From positions 64,001-128,000 of the forward strand of contig CBDIIB010000005.1 in the NCBI GenBank assembly GCA_965279525.1: 64,000 bases of DNA. The letters are read 5' to 3'. The notes beneath the pieces were generated by a model. It had not been told where the DNA came from. It searched no databases and saw only the letters and a program-made list of their open reading frames with translations. A program made the translations under genes and the position numbers. Of the stretch, positions 42,942 to 53,869 are shown in pieces. Source of the DNA: Tagaea sp. GTDB lineage: Bacteria; Pseudomonadota; Alphaproteobacteria; CACIAM-22H2. Positions within the stretch are counted from its first letter, which is position 1. Every line of letters begins with the position of its first letter.

Positions 42942-44612
42942 CTAGAGCGATTTCGTGCGCTCGCGCAGCACGAATTTTTGGATTTTTCCGGTCGAGGTTT
43001 TCGGCAGCGGGCCGAACACGATCGTGCGCGGAACCTTGTAGCCGGCAAGATGCTCGCGGGAAAACGCGATCAGGTCGGCGGCACTGGCCGTGGCACCATC
43101 CTTCAGCATCACGAACGCGCACGGCGTCTCGCCCCACTTCTCGTCGGCGCGCGCGACGACCGCCACTTCGAGCACCGCCGGATGGCGGTAGAGAGCGCTC
43201 TCGACCTCGATGGTGGATATGTTCTCGCCGCCCGAGATGATGATGTCCTTCGAGCGGTCCTTGAGCTCGACATAGCCGTTCGGGTGCATGACGCCGAGAT
43301 CGCCGGTGTGGAACCAGCCGCCCTTGAACGCCTTGGCGGTCGCCTCCGGGTTCTTGAGATAGCCCTTCATGACGATGTTGCCGCGCATGAAGACCTCGCC
43401 CATCGTGGTCCCGTCCGACGGGACGGGCTTCAGCGTCTTGGCGTCGGCCACCATCAGCCCTTCGAGGACCGGATAGCGCACGCCCTGGCGCGATTTCAGC
43501 ACCGCCGACTCGGCCGGCGGCAGCGCGTCCCACTCGACATGCCATTCGCAGACGACCGCCGGTCCGTAGACCTCGGTCAGCCCGTAGACATGCGTGATGT
43601 GGAAGCCCATGCGCTCCATCTTCTCGATCACGGCGGCCGGCGGCGGGGCGGCGGCCGTCATGATCTCGACGACATGGGTCGGATCCTGGCGCAGCGTCTC
43701 GGGTGCGTTGATCAGCATGTTCATGACGATGGGCGCCCCGCACATGTGCGTGACATGGCTCGCCTTGATCGCATCGAAGATCGCCGGCGCTTCCACGCGG
43801 CGCAGACACACGTTGGTGCCGGCCATCGCCGCGATGGTCCACGGGAAGCACCAGCCGTTGCAGTGGAACATCGGCAGGGTCCACAGATAGACCGGATGGT
43901 GGCCGAGATCCCAGACCATCGTGTTGCCGACCGCGTTCAGGTAGGCGCCGCGATGGTGGTAGACCACGCCCTTCGGATTGCCGGTGGTGCCCGACGTGTA
44001 GTTGAGCGCCAGCGCATCCCACTCGTCGCGCACCTTCAGCGGCACGAAATCGGCATCGCCTTGGCCAAGGAAATCCTCGTACTCGGTCTTGCCAAGCCGC
44101 TTTCCGCCCGGGCCTTCCGGGTCGTCGATGTCGATCACGAGGGGCTTGCGCTTCGCCTTGGCCAGCGCCTTCGCCACGCCGGGGGCGAATTCGGTGTCGA
44201 CGAGGATCAGCTTCGTCTCGCCATGGTCGATCTGGAAGGCGATCGTGTCGGGATCGAGCCGGATGTTCATCGCGTTGAGGACGGCCCCCGCCATCGGCAC
44301 GCCGAACGCGCATTCGTAGGCCGCCGGGATGTTGGGGGCGAGCAGCGCCACCGTGTCGCCGCGCTTCACGCCTGCGCGTGCGAGGGCCGAGGCGAGCCTG
44401 CGGCAGCGCGCATGGGTCTGGGCCCAGGTGCGCTGGATGCGCCCGTGCACGATTGCGGTCTTGCGCGGCCAGACAGACGCAGCCCGTGCCAGGAACCCGA
44501 CCGGCGACAGCGGCTCGTGGTTGGCCGCGTTGCGGCCGAGGTCCCGCTCCCATTTTCCGGCACGCGCGGGCGGGGCCTTGACGGTCTTGCGGGTTTTCTT
44601 CTTGGCGGCCAT
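42942..44612 (-). CDS. Acyl-CoA synthetase (medium-chain / DmdB-like family)
   Basis: YTSGTTGNPKG, LPMFHCNGW, YGLTE, FHTGD, SGGENIS, PKTSTGKIQK. Confidence 0.92.
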   Translation of the reverse strand: MAAKKKTRKTVKAPPARAGKWERDLGRNAANHEPLSPVGFLARAASVWPRKTAIVHGRIQRTWAQTHARCRRLASALARAGVKRGDTVALLAPNIPAAYECAFGVPMAGAVLNAMNIRLDPDTIAFQIDHGETKLILVDTEFAPGVAKALAKAKRKPLVIDIDDPEGPGGKRLGKTEYEDFLGQGDADFVPLKVRDEWDALALNYTSGTTGNPKGVVYHHRGAYLNAVGNTMVWDLGHHPVYLWTLPMFHCNGWCFPWTIAAMAGTNVCLRRVEAPAIFDAIKASHVTHMCGAPIVMNMLINAPETLRQDPTHVVEIMTAAAPPPAAVIEKMERMGFHITHVYGLTEVYGPAVVCEWHVEWDALPPAESAVLKSRQGVRYPVLEGLMVADAKTLKPVPSDGTTMGEVFMRGNIVMKGYLKNPEATAKAFKGGWFHTGDLGVMHPNGYVELKDRSKDIIISGGENISTIEVESALYRHPAVLEVAVVARADEKWGETPCAFVMLKDGATASAADLIAFSREHLAGYKVPRTIVFGPLPKTSTGKIQKFVLRERTKSL

Positions 44613-44727
44613 GGCGAACTTACCCGGAAAATGGACATCGTGAGGAGGGTCCTTCATGCCACGCCGCCCCTTCCCAAACCAGAGGGGCTGGCGCAAATTC
44701 GTCTGAAGAACCGGGAGAGAAAACGTC

Positions 44728-46647
44728 ATGCCGACCTACGCCGAAATCCACGCGCGTTCGCGCCGCGATCCCGAAGCCTTCTGGGGCGAGGCGGCAAAGG
44801 CGATCGACTGGATCAAGCCGTGGGACAAGGTGCTCGACCTGTCCACCAAACCCGCCGCGCGCTGGTTCGTCGGCGGCGAGCTCAACACCTGCTGGAACGC
44901 GATCGACCGGCACGTCGCCGCCGGCAACGGTGCCCGCGTGGCGGTCATCTACGACAGCCCGGTCACAAACACGGTCGCGAAATTCACCTATGCCGAGATG
45001 CAAGGCAAAGTCGCCGCGTTCGCAGGCCTCCTCGCCGCGAAGGGCGTGGCCAAGGGCGACCGCGTCATCGTCTACATGCCGATGGTGCCCGAAGCGCTGG
45101 TGGCCATGCTCGCCTGCGCAAGGCTCGGCGCCGTGCACTCGGTCGTGTTCGGCGGCTTCGCGGCCAACGAGCTTGCCGTGCGCATCGACGACTGCAAGCC
45201 CAAGGCGATCGTGTCGGCGTCGTGCGGAATCGAAGGGGCGAAGACGGTGGCGTACAAGCCGCTGCTCGACGGCGCCATCGCCATCGCGCGCCACAAGCCG
45301 GATTTCTGCGTGATCCTGCAGCGCCCGCAGCTCGGCTGCGATCTGGTCGCCGGACGCGACGTTGATTGGGCAAGTGCGGCGGCATCCGCGAAGCCCGCCG
45401 ACTGCGTGCCCGTGAAGGCGACCGAACCGCTCTACGTGCTCTACACGTCGGGCACCACCGGCCAGCCCAAGGGCGTGGTGCGCGACAATGGCGGGCACGC
45501 GGTCGCACTCGCCTATTCGATGCGGGCGATCTACGACACGAAGCCGGGCGAGGTGTTCTGGGCCGCGTCCGACGTGGGCTGGGTCGTCGGCCATTCCTAC
45601 ATCTGCTATGCGCCGCTGCTCGCCGGCTGCACGACCGTCCTGTTCGAGGGCAAGCCGGTGGGCACGCCCGATGCCGGCGTGTTCTGGCGCGTGATCGCCG
45701 AGCATGGTGTGGCGACGTTCTTCACCGCCCCCACCGCCTTCCGCGCGATCCGCAAGGAGGACCCGGAAGGCAAGCTGATCGCGAAGCATGATCTTTCGAA
45801 GTTCCGCGCTTTGTTCCTGGCGGGCGAGCGCTGCGATCCGGCCACGCTCGAATGGGCGATGGAGAAGCTCAAGCGCCCGGTCGTCGACCATTGGTGGCAG
45901 ACCGAGACCGGCTGGCCCATCGCGGCCAACGCACTCGGCATCCCGACGGGCACCGGTGCCCCCTTCCCGATCAAACCCGGCTCGCCGACCAAGGCCGTGC
46001 CCGGCTGGGACGTGCAGGTGCTGGGCGCCGACGGCCATCCGGTACCCGCCGGCGACATCGGCGCCATCGTGTGCGCCCTGCCGCTGCCGCCCGGCACGTT
46101 CCCGACGCTGTGGAACGCCGAGCAGCGCTATGTCGACGCGTATCTCGCGGAATATCCCGGCTACTACAAGACCGGTGATGCCGGTTACATCGACGCCGAC
46201 GGCTACATCTACGTGATGACGCGCGTGGACGACGTCATCAACGTCGCGGGCCATCGCCTGTCGACGGGCCAGATGGAAGAGATCCTCGCGAGCCACAAGG
46301 ACGTCGCGGAATGCGCGGTCGTGGGGGCCGCCGACGAGCTCAAGGGCCAGGTGCCGCTGGGCTTCATCGTGCTCAAGTCCGGCGTCAACCGGCCCGATGC
46401 CGAGATCATCGCCGAGATCGTGGCACTGGTGCGCGAGAAGATCGGCCCGGTCGCGTTCTTCAAGAACGCGGTGGTGGTGAAGCGGCTGCCCAAGACGCGC
46501 TCGGGCAAGATCCTGCGCGGGACGATGCAGAAGATCGCCGACGGATCGGCGTTCAAGCCGCCCGCCACGATCGACGATCCGCTGATCCTCGACGAGATCC
46601 GCGAGAGCCTGGTGCCGGCGGGCTACGCGAAGGCGCCGGCGAACTGA
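44728..46647 (+). CDS. prpE: Propionyl-CoA synthetase
   Basis: YTSGTTGQPKGVVRDNGGH, DHWWQTETG, NVAGHRLSTG, PKTRSGKILR. Confidence 0.9.
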   Translation: MPTYAEIHARSRRDPEAFWGEAAKAIDWIKPWDKVLDLSTKPAARWFVGGELNTCWNAIDRHVAAGNGARVAVIYDSPVTNTVAKFTYAEMQGKVAAFAGLLAAKGVAKGDRVIVYMPMVPEALVAMLACARLGAVHSVVFGGFAANELAVRIDDCKPKAIVSASCGIEGAKTVAYKPLLDGAIAIARHKPDFCVILQRPQLGCDLVAGRDVDWASAAASAKPADCVPVKATEPLYVLYTSGTTGQPKGVVRDNGGHAVALAYSMRAIYDTKPGEVFWAASDVGWVVGHSYICYAPLLAGCTTVLFEGKPVGTPDAGVFWRVIAEHGVATFFTAPTAFRAIRKEDPEGKLIAKHDLSKFRALFLAGERCDPATLEWAMEKLKRPVVDHWWQTETGWPIAANALGIPTGTGAPFPIKPGSPTKAVPGWDVQVLGADGHPVPAGDIGAIVCALPLPPGTFPTLWNAEQRYVDAYLAEYPGYYKTGDAGYIDADGYIYVMTRVDDVINVAGHRLSTGQMEEILASHKDVAECAVVGAADELKGQVPLGFIVLKSGVNRPDAEIIAEIVALVREKIGPVAFFKNAVVVKRLPKTRSGKILRGTMQKIADGSAFKPPATIDDPLILDEIRESLVPAGYAKAPAN

Positions 46648-46650
46648 GCC

Positions 46651-47313
46651 TTACGCCTCGGCCTTCGCCGCGGCATCCGCTGCCGCGACGGCGGCGGCGG
46701 CTTCCTTGGCGGCGGCGGTCGCGGCCTTGGCGGCTTCGGCAGCCTTGGCGGCCTTGCGCGCGGCGCGCTCCTGTTCCTTGCGCGCGCGCTCGGCGGCGCG
46801 CGCGGCACGGTTGATCGCCTCGTCGAGCTGGTCCTGCGAGCACAGGCCGAGCACGACCGGGTTCGTCGGCTTGATGTTCGCCATGTCGAAGTGGCTGCGG
46901 TCGCGGATCTTCTGGATCGTCGGCTTCGTCGTGCCGACCATCTTGCCGATCTGCGCGTCGGTCAGTTCGGCATGGTGGCGCAGCAGCCACGCGATCGCGG
47001 CCGGGCGGTCCTGGCGCTTGGAGACGGGCGTATAGCGCGCACCCTTCGGGCGCTGCACGGGCATCGGCAGGTCGACCTTCAGGAGCGTCAGCACGGCGTT
47101 CTTGTCCGCCTCGCAGCGCGCGAGTTCTTCGGCCGTCAGCTGGTTGTTGGCGACCGGGTCGAGGCCGACGATGCCGATGGCGACTTCGCCGTCGGCGATC
47201 CCCTGGACTTCCAGCGGGTGCATGCCGCAGAACGCCGCGACCTGCTCGAAGGTCAGCGCGGTGTTCTCGACGAGCCAAACGGCGGTCGCCTTGGGCATCA
47301 GCGGAAGCGTCAT
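46651..47313 (-). CDS. trcR: DUF1013 family protein (TrcR cell-cycle transcription regulator)
   Basis: PLMPKATAVWLVENTALTFEQ...HPLEVQGIADG...RYTPVSKRQDRP. Confidence 0.9.
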   Translation of the reverse strand: MTLPLMPKATAVWLVENTALTFEQVAAFCGMHPLEVQGIADGEVAIGIVGLDPVANNQLTAEELARCEADKNAVLTLLKVDLPMPVQRPKGARYTPVSKRQDRPAAIAWLLRHHAELTDAQIGKMVGTTKPTIQKIRDRSHFDMANIKPTNPVVLGLCSQDQLDEAINRAARAAERARKEQERAARKAAKAAEAAKAATAAAKEAAAAVAAADAAAKAEA

Positions 47314-47466
47314 GTTCGGTCCTCCTGGCGGGGGCGGACGCGACCGGCAAGGCAAACGCCTTACCTTTCGTCCCGTTAACGGGACAAGTCGAGCCAACCC
47401 GAATTGTGCGAATGGCCCGTCTTATATAGGCGGCCCGGGGCCGGGTCAAAACGTTCCGGCCGGGGA

Positions 47467-47519
47467 TTGACTCATTTCCCGTAATAGGATATTTAGCCAT
47501 TTATAGGGCTAATATGCTT
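47467..47519 (+). promoter_or_regulatory. AT-rich promoter region with an imperfect inverted operator pair
   Basis: TTGACT-N17-TATTTA, with GACTC overlapping the -35; TAGGATATTTAGCC (47485-47498) is inverted relative to GGGCTAATATGCTT (47506-47519). Confidence 0.5.
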
Positions 47520-47535
47520 TATGAAAGGAAAAATT

Positions 47536-48219
47536 ATGGTATCACATCCCAGGCTCCACCCGCTGTTCGTCCGCTGGCTGGAGCGCGCCCTGGAAGCTGC
47601 CGAGGGTGCCAGGCCCGGGCAGATCGCGCTGGTGGCGAACGGCGAAAGCGGGGCGTCGCTGGGCCGCCTTCAACTCGACCTGTCGCAACAGGCCGCCCTG
47701 CGCGGCGACCTGGCGCTCGTGGCGCGGCGCGCGATGGTGCCCGGCGACATCGACGGGCTGCTGGCCAAGCGCGTGCGCCTGATGACGCAGCCCGAGCGCA
47801 CGGCGGCGCGCCGCATCCTCGAACAGGTGCTCGAACGACCGCAGGGGGCCGCCTGGCTCGCCCGGCACGAACGCGCGATGGCGGTGCGCGTCGGGCTTGC
47901 GGTGCGCCGGCTGATTGCCGCGGCTTCGCCGGGTGCGGCCGATTTCGCGGCAAGCCTGCGCGGCCAGATCGAGATCGCCTGCCACCTGCACCAGTTCGGC
48001 ACCGGCAGCACCGGCATGCTCGCCGATTTCCTCGCCGGCAAGCGCGTGACGTTCGAGAGCGGACGGACCGCCGCGTTCCGCAGCCCGCTCGACATCGAGC
48101 AGTTCCGCGGCTTCCGGCGCGCCACGCACTGGGGCTACGAGAATCCGCGCGCCAACGAAAGCCGCCACATGCGCGTCGATCTCGCCCTGCGCGACGTGCC
48201 GCGCGAAATGCTAGCCTGA
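47536..48219 (+). CDS. Hypothetical protein, possible lysozyme-like fold
   Basis: AAAGGA SD before ATG 47536 (alternative start 47521); SGASLGRLQLDLSQ resembles the SGxSxGxxQxD motif of lysozyme-like cell-wall hydrolases. Confidence 0.6.
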   Translation: MVSHPRLHPLFVRWLERALEAAEGARPGQIALVANGESGASLGRLQLDLSQQAALRGDLALVARRAMVPGDIDGLLAKRVRLMTQPERTAARRILEQVLERPQGAAWLARHERAMAVRVGLAVRRLIAAASPGAADFAASLRGQIEIACHLHQFGTGSTGMLADFLAGKRVTFESGRTAAFRSPLDIEQFRGFRRATHWGYENPRANESRHMRVDLALRDVPREMLA

Positions 48220-48246
48220 CGTCCGCACACGCTGGAGAGTCCGACA

Positions 48247-48871
48247 CTGCCTGACTTCAAGCACGAGATTCGCCTTGGCGGCGCCATCGCCGGAATCGAC
48301 GAGGCCGGACGCGGGCCGCTCGCCGGCCCCGTCGTCGCGGCGGCGGTCGTGTTCCGCGTGGCGAAGCTGCCGCGCGCACTCGCCGGCGCCATCGACGATT
48401 CCAAGAAGCTGACCGAGGCGAAGCGCGACGCGGCATTCGACGAACTGCGCGCGCACGCGCTCACCGGCACGCTCGTCTATGCGATCGCGGCGGCGAGCGT
48501 GCACGAGATCGACCGGATCAACATCCTGCGCGCCACGCACCTTGCGATGCGCCGCGCCCTTGCCCGCCTGCCCTTCGTGCCCGACGCCGCGTTGATCGAC
48601 GGCAACCAGATCCCGCGCGACCTGCCCTGCCGCGCCGAGGGTCTGGTCAAGGGCGACGCCAAGTCGCTGTCGATCGCGGCGGCCTCGATCCTCGCCAAGG
48701 TCATGCGCGACCGGATCATGAAGCGGCTGGATGTTCGCTATCCGGTCTATGGCTGGGGTTCGAACAAGGGTTACGGGGCGGCCACGCATATCGAATCCAT
48801 TGCGGTCCACGGCCCCTCGCCCCACCACCGATTGAGTTTCGCACCCCTCGCCCAGGGTCGATTAAGCCTTT

Positions 48872-48873
<2 letters not shown>
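48247..48873 (+). CDS. rnhB: Ribonuclease HII, probable CTG start
   Basis: (L/M)PDFKHE...IAGIDEAGRGPLAGPVV, DDSKKL, LIDGN, KGDAKS.SIAAASILAKV. The catalytic DE lies upstream of the GTG at 48349 chosen by the ORF track. Confidence 0.9.
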
Positions 48874-50025
<1,152 letters not shown>

Positions 50026-50077
50026 TCGGACCTGCCCCTTCCGGGCCGGGGTCCGGAAACGAGGGACGAGAACACCG

Positions 50078-50455
50078 ATGGCCGACCCGCAGTACTCCTC
50101 CCGCACGCAAGCCACCGGTGCGCCGCGCCAGAGCCAGCGCGTGCGCTCGGTCTTCATCCTGTCGAAATCGGTCTCCGAACTGCTCGGCCCCGACCATCAC
50201 GTCGCGCGCGCCGTGCGCAACGCCGCCGACGACGAGAACCCGTTCAACTTCGAGCTGGCCCGCACGGCGTTCGACCGCCTGCCGGGTGCCACGCGCCGGC
50301 GCATCCGCGGCCACGCGGAAGCCGAAGCCGAGCGCTACGCGGACGCGATCGGCCTCAAGGCCATCCTGCGCAAGCTGCCGACAGACCAGCCGATCGGCCT
50401 CGAGATGATCTGGCCGCAATCGTCGAGCTATCCCGCGCGCAAGCGCGACTACTAG
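50078..50455 (+). CDS. Hypothetical protein
   Basis: 125-aa ORF with coding-like codon usage and a purine-rich upstream sequence; no recognised motif. Confidence 0.65.
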   Translation: MADPQYSSRTQATGAPRQSQRVRSVFILSKSVSELLGPDHHVARAVRNAADDENPFNFELARTAFDRLPGATRRRIRGHAEAEAERYADAIGLKAILRKLPTDQPIGLEMIWPQSSSYPARKRDY

Positions 50456-50757
50456 AACTTCGGGGCGTCGCCATCCGCCGGCAGGTCGAGGGCGGCGAGA
50501 TTGCAGCCGCAGAACGGGCAGTCCATCGCCGCCACCTTCGCGCGCGCGGCTTCGGCGTCCGTCCCGGTCCCTTCGATTTCGCGCAACAGGTCGGCGATAA
50601 CGCGCGCGTGCGTGCGCTTCGTCTCGCACGCGGCCAGCAGCAGCTGTTGGCGCGGCACGTCCAGTTCCTCGATGCGCAGGGCCATCGCGGCACCCGGAAA
50701 GAGTGCCGCCGCGGCCGCAGCGCCGAGTTTCAGAAGGGAACGTCTGTCCTGACCCAT
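50452..50757 (-). CDS. Small Tat-signal protein with CPFCGC motif
   Basis: MGQDRRSLLKLGAAAAAALF...AMA signal; ACETKRTH and DCPFCGC. Confidence 0.7.
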   Translation of the reverse strand: MGQDRRSLLKLGAAAAAALFPGAAMALRIEELDVPRQQLLLAACETKRTHARVIADLLREIEGTGTDAEAARAKVAAMDCPFCGCNLAALDLPADGDAPKF

Positions 50758-50785
50758 ATGCCCATTATACTTGCCGGAATCGGGC

Positions 50786-50811
50786 AAATCCATGACGCGT
50801 GCGCCGGCGTA
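50786..50811 (+). promoter_or_regulatory. sigmaE (RpoE-ChrR)-type promoter, degenerate -35
   Basis: AAATCC-N15-GCGTA versus consensus TGATCC-N15-GCGTA. Confidence 0.6.
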
Positions 50812-50834
50812 TCCTGTCTGAAGGGATACGTCAC

Positions 50835-51581
50835 ATGAGCGACATCGTCTGGATCACCGGCGCTTCCTCGGGCATCGGGCGGGCATTGGCCGTCCGGCTG
50901 GCGCGCGAAGGCCGGCGCGTCGTCGCCTCGGCGCGCGGGGCCGAAGCGCTGGAAGCGCTCGCCCGCGAGGCGGGGCCGAATCTTTCGACCCTGCGGCTCG
51001 ACACGACCGACGAGGCGGCCTGCGAGGCCGCGGTCGCGTGGATCGAAAGCGAAATCGGCCCGATCGCCCTTGCCGTGCTCAATGCCGGCACGCACCTGCC
51101 CACGCCGGCCGCCACGCTCGCCGTCGCCCCGTTCCGCAAGCTCGTCGAGACCAACCTGATGGGCACGGTCAACGCGCTCGTCCCCGTGCTCGCATCCATG
51201 CGCGCGCGGGGTGAGGGACACATCGCGGTCGTGGCCTCGGTCGCGGGCTATGGCGGTCTGCCGACGGCGGCGGCCTATGGCGCCACCAAGGCCGGCCTCA
51301 TCAACATGTGCGAGGCGCTGAAGCCCGAGTGCGAAGCCTTCGGCGTCAAGCTGCAGCTCGTCGATCCCGGCTTCGTGCGCACGCCGCTCACCGACCGCAA
51401 CCCGTTCCCGATGCCGTTCCTGATGGAGGTCGACGACGCGATCGACGCGTTCGTCGCGGGGCTTGGCTCCGACCGGTTCGAGATCGTCTTTCCGCGCCGC
51501 TTCGGCTGGCTGCTGAAATTCCTCAACATGCTTCCCTACGGTCTCTATTTCCGCATCGTGCGGCGCATGACGGGGGCGTGA
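50835..51581 (+). CDS. Short-chain dehydrogenase/reductase
   Basis: WITGASSGIG, LNAG, YGATK, PGFVRTPLT. Confidence 0.93.
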   Translation: MSDIVWITGASSGIGRALAVRLAREGRRVVASARGAEALEALAREAGPNLSTLRLDTTDEAACEAAVAWIESEIGPIALAVLNAGTHLPTPAATLAVAPFRKLVETNLMGTVNALVPVLASMRARGEGHIAVVASVAGYGGLPTAAAYGATKAGLINMCEALKPECEAFGVKLQLVDPGFVRTPLTDRNPFPMPFLMEVDDAIDAFVAGLGSDRFEIVFPRRFGWLLKFLNMLPYGLYFRIVRRMTGA

Positions 51582-51994
51582 TGGACAGGTTCGACGACTA
51601 TGTCGCGTTCTTCGAACGCATCAGCCTCGAGCGGCTCGGCGAGCTCGATGCGCTCGTCGTACCCGACGTGCGCTTCAAGGACCCGTTCAACGACCTGCGC
51701 GGGGTCGAAAACATGCGCAAGGCGCTGGCGATGGCCTTCGAGCACGGCACGCCGCGCTTCGAGGTGATCGACCGCGCGCGCGGCAGCCACGCGGCCTACC
51801 TGCTGTGGCGCTATTCCCACGGCCCCGGCTTCGCGCTTGAAGGCATGAGCGAGATCCGCTTCGCGCCCGACGGGCGCATCGCCGAGCATATCGACCACTG
51901 GGATTCCGGCACGCAGTTCTATGCGCGCGTGCCCGTCCTGGGCTGGCTGATCGGGCTGGTGCGCAATAGGCTCAAGGTACGCGGCGGAAGGTGA
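51581..51994 (+). CDS. SnoaL/NTF2-like protein
   Basis: DVRFKDPFNDLRG...GMSEIRF...EHIDHWD. Confidence 0.85.
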   Translation: MDRFDDYVAFFERISLERLGELDALVVPDVRFKDPFNDLRGVENMRKALAMAFEHGTPRFEVIDRARGSHAAYLLWRYSHGPGFALEGMSEIRFAPDGRIAEHIDHWDSGTQFYARVPVLGWLIGLVRNRLKVRGGR

Positions 51995-52502
51995 GCGTGA
52001 CCGAGCCCACGTCGAAGCCCCATTTGGTGACGTAGGCGCGGTTGATCAGCACGCCGTCGGGCTGGAGATACATCCAGTCGTCGAAATGCACCTTCATGCG
52101 CCCGCTGCCCATCTTCAGGTTTATGTCGTAGCGGAAGTTGAACGCGTTGCCGGCGGCACGCCCTTCCGCGACGCCGATCGCCTCTTCGGTGCGCCCCTCC
52201 CACACGCCGGGGGCCGTCTGCGTCAGACGCCACACGCGCCGGTCCTTCTCGCCGTCGGTGTAGTCGAACCGCTCGTCGAGGACGAGTTCGCGCCCGTCCC
52301 ACGTGCCTTCGATGTCGACGGTGAATTCGCGGCGCAGGTTGGCGAAGCGGTCCTCGAAGATCCCCCAGGCGCGCGTCTTGCCGGCGAAGTACGTCTCCAG
52401 CTTCAGTTCGGGCGTGCGCCCGGCGAAGTCGTCGATCTTCATGCCACTGCACCCCATGAGCACCGATACGCTCATTACGACGAAAAGGAGTCTGCGGATC
52501 AT
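51972..52502 (-). CDS. DUF3833 family lipoprotein
   Basis: LMGC lipobox; YFAGKTRAWGIF, LDERFDY.DG, FDDWMYLQ. Confidence 0.88.
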   Translation of the reverse strand: MIRRLLFVVMSVSVLMGCSGMKIDDFAGRTPELKLETYFAGKTRAWGIFEDRFANLRREFTVDIEGTWDGRELVLDERFDYTDGEKDRRVWRLTQTAPGVWEGRTEEAIGVAEGRAAGNAFNFRYDINLKMGSGRMKVHFDDWMYLQPDGVLINRAYVTKWGFDVGSVTLTFRRVP

Positions 52503-53869
52503 GGCGTGCCCAGCCTCGTTTCGATCTGCGCCCGGAGCCGGCCCTGGCGGGCCGCGTCGAGCGGGAAATTCCACATCAAAGCCACGGCCGCGAGCTTGAA
52601 GGCGACCGGAACCCACGCATATAGGGCGCCGAGTGCGGCGTGCCCACCCGTCCCCTCGGCACCACGCACATAGCCCGCCATGTCGAGCAGCGGGAATGCG
52701 AGGGCGGGCGCCAGCGCGAGTGCCAGCTTGCCCGCCACCGCCCAGACCGCGAAATAGAGACCCGTGCGCTGGCCGCCGCCCGCGGCCGTGTCGACATCCA
52801 CGACGTCGGCCTGCATCGAGGACGGCAAGGCGAGATCCGCCCCGAAGCACAGGCCCGTCGCCAGGCACACGATCAGGAAGCTCGGCACATCGCCCGCCCC
52901 CAGCAAGGGTACGGGTGCGAAGGCCGCACAGTTGGCGAGCATCGCCGCACACCAGGTGCGGTGCTTGCCCCACAGCTTCGCCGCGCGCAGCCACAGCGGC
53001 ACCGAGGCGATGCCGGCGACGAAATAGACAAGCAGCAACGCCCCCTCGATGCCGCGCGCGCCCAGCACGTCGCCCGCGAACAGCAAAAACAGCGTGGCCG
53101 GCAGCGCATTCGCCACGCCGTTGAGCAGATAGCCGACGACGAGGATGCGGAACGGCGCGTTGCCCCGCAGCAGCGCCCATCCGGCGGAGATATCGAAACC
53201 GGGTGCCGGCGGAACCGGGGCCGGTTCCGGCACGCCGCGCAGCAGCAAGGCGCCCGAAAGCGGCAGCACGATCAGGTTCGTCCAAAAAAGGATCTGCAAG
53301 GCCGCGGCTTCCGGCGGGGCACCGTCCGCGGTCCAGCCCAGTGCTCCGGCGATCGCCGGCAATGCGGCCGCCACCGCCACGCCCGCGACGGTCAGGCTCT
53401 CGCGCCAGGCCGCGATGCGGTTGCGCTCGCCATAGTCGCGCGACAGCTCGGCCCCCCACGCCTGATGCGGGATCTGCAGCATCGACCAGCCCAGATAGGC
53501 GAGCATCGTCCAGACCAGCAGATAGGCGGCACCGGCATCGGCCGGCGGATCGAACAGCATGTAGCTTGCCACGAGGACGACCGGCAGTGCCGCCGCCATC
53601 CACGGCCGGCGCCGGCCCCAGCGCGTGCGCGTGCGATCGGAAAGCCAGCCGATGGCGGGATCCACCGCGACATCCCACAGGCGTGCGACGAGCAGCACAC
53701 CGCCGATGGCCGCAAGGGTGAGGCCCGTGGCGCTCGCATAGAAGGTCGGCAGGTAGATCAGCAGCGGCAGGCCGAGCGTGGCGGCCGGAAACGCCGGAAG
53801 CGCGTAGGCTGCCAGAACGGGGGCCGCCAGCACGCGGGCCGGCAGCCTCGCCTCTTCACGGTCGGACAA
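52499..53869 (-). CDS. MFS transporter (GPH / sugar-cation symporter family)
   Basis: DVAVDPAIGWLSDRTRTRWGRRRPW; multiple transmembrane helices. Confidence 0.9.
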   Translation of the reverse strand: MSDREEARLPARVLAAPVLAAYALPAFPAATLGLPLLIYLPTFYASATGLTLAAIGGVLLVARLWDVAVDPAIGWLSDRTRTRWGRRRPWMAAALPVVLVASYMLFDPPADAGAAYLLVWTMLAYLGWSMLQIPHQAWGAELSRDYGERNRIAAWRESLTVAGVAVAAALPAIAGALGWTADGAPPEAAALQILFWTNLIVLPLSGALLLRGVPEPAPVPPAPGFDISAGWALLRGNAPFRILVVGYLLNGVANALPATLFLLFAGDVLGARGIEGALLLVYFVAGIASVPLWLRAAKLWGKHRTWCAAMLANCAAFAPVPLLGAGDVPSFLIVCLATGLCFGADLALPSSMQADVVDVDTAAGGGQRTGLYFAVWAVAGKLALALAPALAFPLLDMAGYVRGAEGTGGHAALGALYAWVPVAFKLAAVALMWNFPLDAARQGRLRAQIETRLGTP

